Assembly (NCBI GenBank): GCA_031372565.1
Contig: JANMLN010000091.1
Location: forward strand, 1-16,526
Direction of reading: 5' to 3'
DNA length: 16,526 nt
From: Gemmatimonadota bacterium
GTDB lineage: Bacteria; Gemmatimonadota; Gemmatimonadetes; Gemmatimonadales; Gemmatimonadaceae
The position numbers were made by a program, and so were the translations under genes. Each line of letters begins with the position of its first letter. The first letter of the stretch is position 1. Positions 15,250 through 16,526 of the stretch are shown here, piece after piece. Under the pieces are notes generated by a model that had not been told where the DNA came from, made no database searches, and saw nothing but the letters and a program-made list of their open reading frames with translations.

Positions 15250-16526
15250 CGGGGTTCTCCCTGCTCCTTGCGGGAGCGGTGGCGGTTCTGGTCCTGCGGC
15301 GTACGCGAGGGATCGTCCTGGCGCGGGGCCGTGCTTCCACCGCGCTCCGACGCCGGCGCGGCCGCTCGCGTGAGCTCGGTGGCGGAGCCCGCGGCGGCAT
15401 TGGCCACCGTCAGGGCGTCGGGGGCAAGACCGCGCTGCTCGAGCGCGCGGGCGAGTTCCATCACGCGGCCCGCAGCCTGTGCGGCATCGCCCGACGCGCC
15501 GAACATCATCTGCGCTCCGACGCGCGCACCGCGGACATCCACGCGAATGCGATCGATGCCACCGGCATCGTCGTCGACGGTCAGCATCATCCGCGACACC
15601 GGTTGCCGATCGCGCGACTCGATGAGCGACTGGATCTCCTCGGCGCGCATCGCGGTCGCAGCGCCACGCACGGCCTGCGTGGCCACCCCGCCGTGACTCG
15701 TTGCGGCGCCGGCTGCGCCGAGGGCTCCGGCCAGCGCGTTGGACGTCATGGCACTCACGGTACCGCGCGCAGACGCGCCACCCGATGCTCCGAGTCCGGC
15801 GAGGGCGCGCGCACGCGCGGTGTTGCTCCCCTGCTCGCCGGCGCCACGCTCCGAGAACGCGCCCTCGCTCGTGACAGCGCCGCGCGCCGAGGCGGCGAAC
15901 GCGGCGGCCACGGCGAGTGCCTGCGGCGACGGCGCGCCCGGACGCTGGTTCATGATCGCGGCGTGCGTCACCGGCGCCGCTGACGTTGCCGGACCGGCCG
16001 CCGACGCGTTGGCATGCGCCAGGTGCGGCGCATCGACCGGTGTCGGGGCCGCCGACTTGGCGTCCGCCGCAGACATGGACGAGGCCGTCGGTGCGACGTC
16101 GGCCACGCGCGCGACCTGCGCGACCCGGGCGACCGATGCCACCTGCGCCACCTGCGCCACCTGCGTCGCGCGCGCAGTCCGCGCCTCACCCGCCTCCACG
16201 ACGATCTGCGCATCCGTGATGGTGGCCATCTGTCCGAGCGTTGCGAGCGCGTCGTCCGCGCGGAGTTCGAGATGCCCCGGGTCGCGCGCGCCAAGCGTGG
16301 CGAGCCCCTCTTCGGCGGCGATCTTGCCGAGCAACGCGTAGCCGTCGTGGTTCTGGAACGTCCCGTCTACCTGCACATCGACGGCGAGGCCATCGAGATG
16401 CCGCGACTGGCGCGTCCAGGTCACGATCGGACCGGATGTCGTGCGTCCCTGCGCGTAGAGTGCGTCCTGCCGCCCCTGGCTGCGCGCGGTTTCGGTGATC
16501 GTCACCGTGTGGCCGGCCTCGGCCAT
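15246..16526 (-). CDS. FliK-like hook-length control protein with an M15-family peptidase domain (at least 426 aa, probably 5'-truncated by the window)
   Basis: Residues 1-88: ETARSQGRQDALYAQGRT..GPIVTWT..SRH..GLAVD...DPGHLE (M15). Then a long Ala/Gly/Ser/Thr/Pro-rich linker. Residues ~293-375 show a FliK_C-like beta-beta-beta-alpha-beta pattern ending EL.RALEQRGL....LTV, followed by a polar tail. Translationally coupled to flgD, the usual fliK position. Confidence 0.75.
   Translation of the reverse strand: MAEAGHTVTITETARSQGRQDALYAQGRTTSGPIVTWTRQSRHLDGLAVDVQVDGTFQNHDGYALLGKIAAEEGLATLGARDPGHLELRADDALATLGQMATITDAQIVVEAGEARTARATQVAQVAQVASVARVAQVARVADVAPTASSMSAADAKSAAPTPVDAPHLAHANASAAGPATSAAPVTHAAIMNQRPGAPSPQALAVAAAFAASARGAVTSEGAFSERGAGEQGSNTARARALAGLGASGGASARGTVSAMTSNALAGALGAAGAATSHGGVATQAVRGAATAMRAEEIQSLIESRDRQPVSRMMLTVDDDAGGIDRIRVDVRGARVGAQMMFGASGDAAQAAGRVMELARALEQRGLAPDALTVANAAAGSATELTRAAAPASERGGSTAPRQDDPSRTPQDQNRHRSRKEQGEPR
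16092..16163 (-). repeat. Eight imperfect 9-bp coding repeats (xVA)8
   Basis: Encodes QVA-QVA-QVA-SVA-RVA-QVA-RVA-DVA. The + strand shows repeated (gc)cacctgc/gacctgc units. Confidence 0.85.

Noticed and set aside
330..15983. Long plus-strand ORFs (330-1790, 6488-7735, 7726-9744, 9906-11384, 11467-12408, 14677-15696 and others)
   Set aside because: They are antisense shadows of well-supported genes in high-GC DNA, with low-complexity translations and no recognisable motifs.
16263..16526. M15 domain as a prophage endolysin or VanY resistance gene
   Set aside because: It is in frame with the flagellar ORF, and there are no phage or van genes in the window. Upstream context is not visible.

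Overview
This high-GC window is a single minus-strand flagellar gene cluster, cut off at both edges. In transcription order it holds: a FliK-position protein carrying an M15-type peptidoglycan peptidase domain, flgD, flgE, [hairpin, sigma54 promoter], fliL, fliM, fliN, a fliO-fliP fusion, fliQ, fliR, flhB, flhA, flhF, flhG, fliA1, a small HTH ORF, [sigma54 promoter], fliA2, [sigma54 promoter], flgF, flgG and a probable partial flgA. The lineage may be Gemmatimonadota (my impression from gene order and protein style, not verified). Main oddities: (1) an apparent hook-length ruler fused to a Zn peptidoglycan peptidase; (2) three promoters sharing one architecture (-24/-12 box, inverted IHF-like pair, GGCAG-N4-TGCCGAG enhancer-like dyad); (3) tandem fliA paralogs, the second with an altered -35 recognition helix; (4) a FliO-FliP fusion with an internal signal-peptide-like segment and an Ala/Lys-rich linker; (5) stripped control elements: FliM without its CheY-binding peptide, a very short FlhF, and FlhG without its Walker A lysines. 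All calls come from manual motif reading; no database searches were run.
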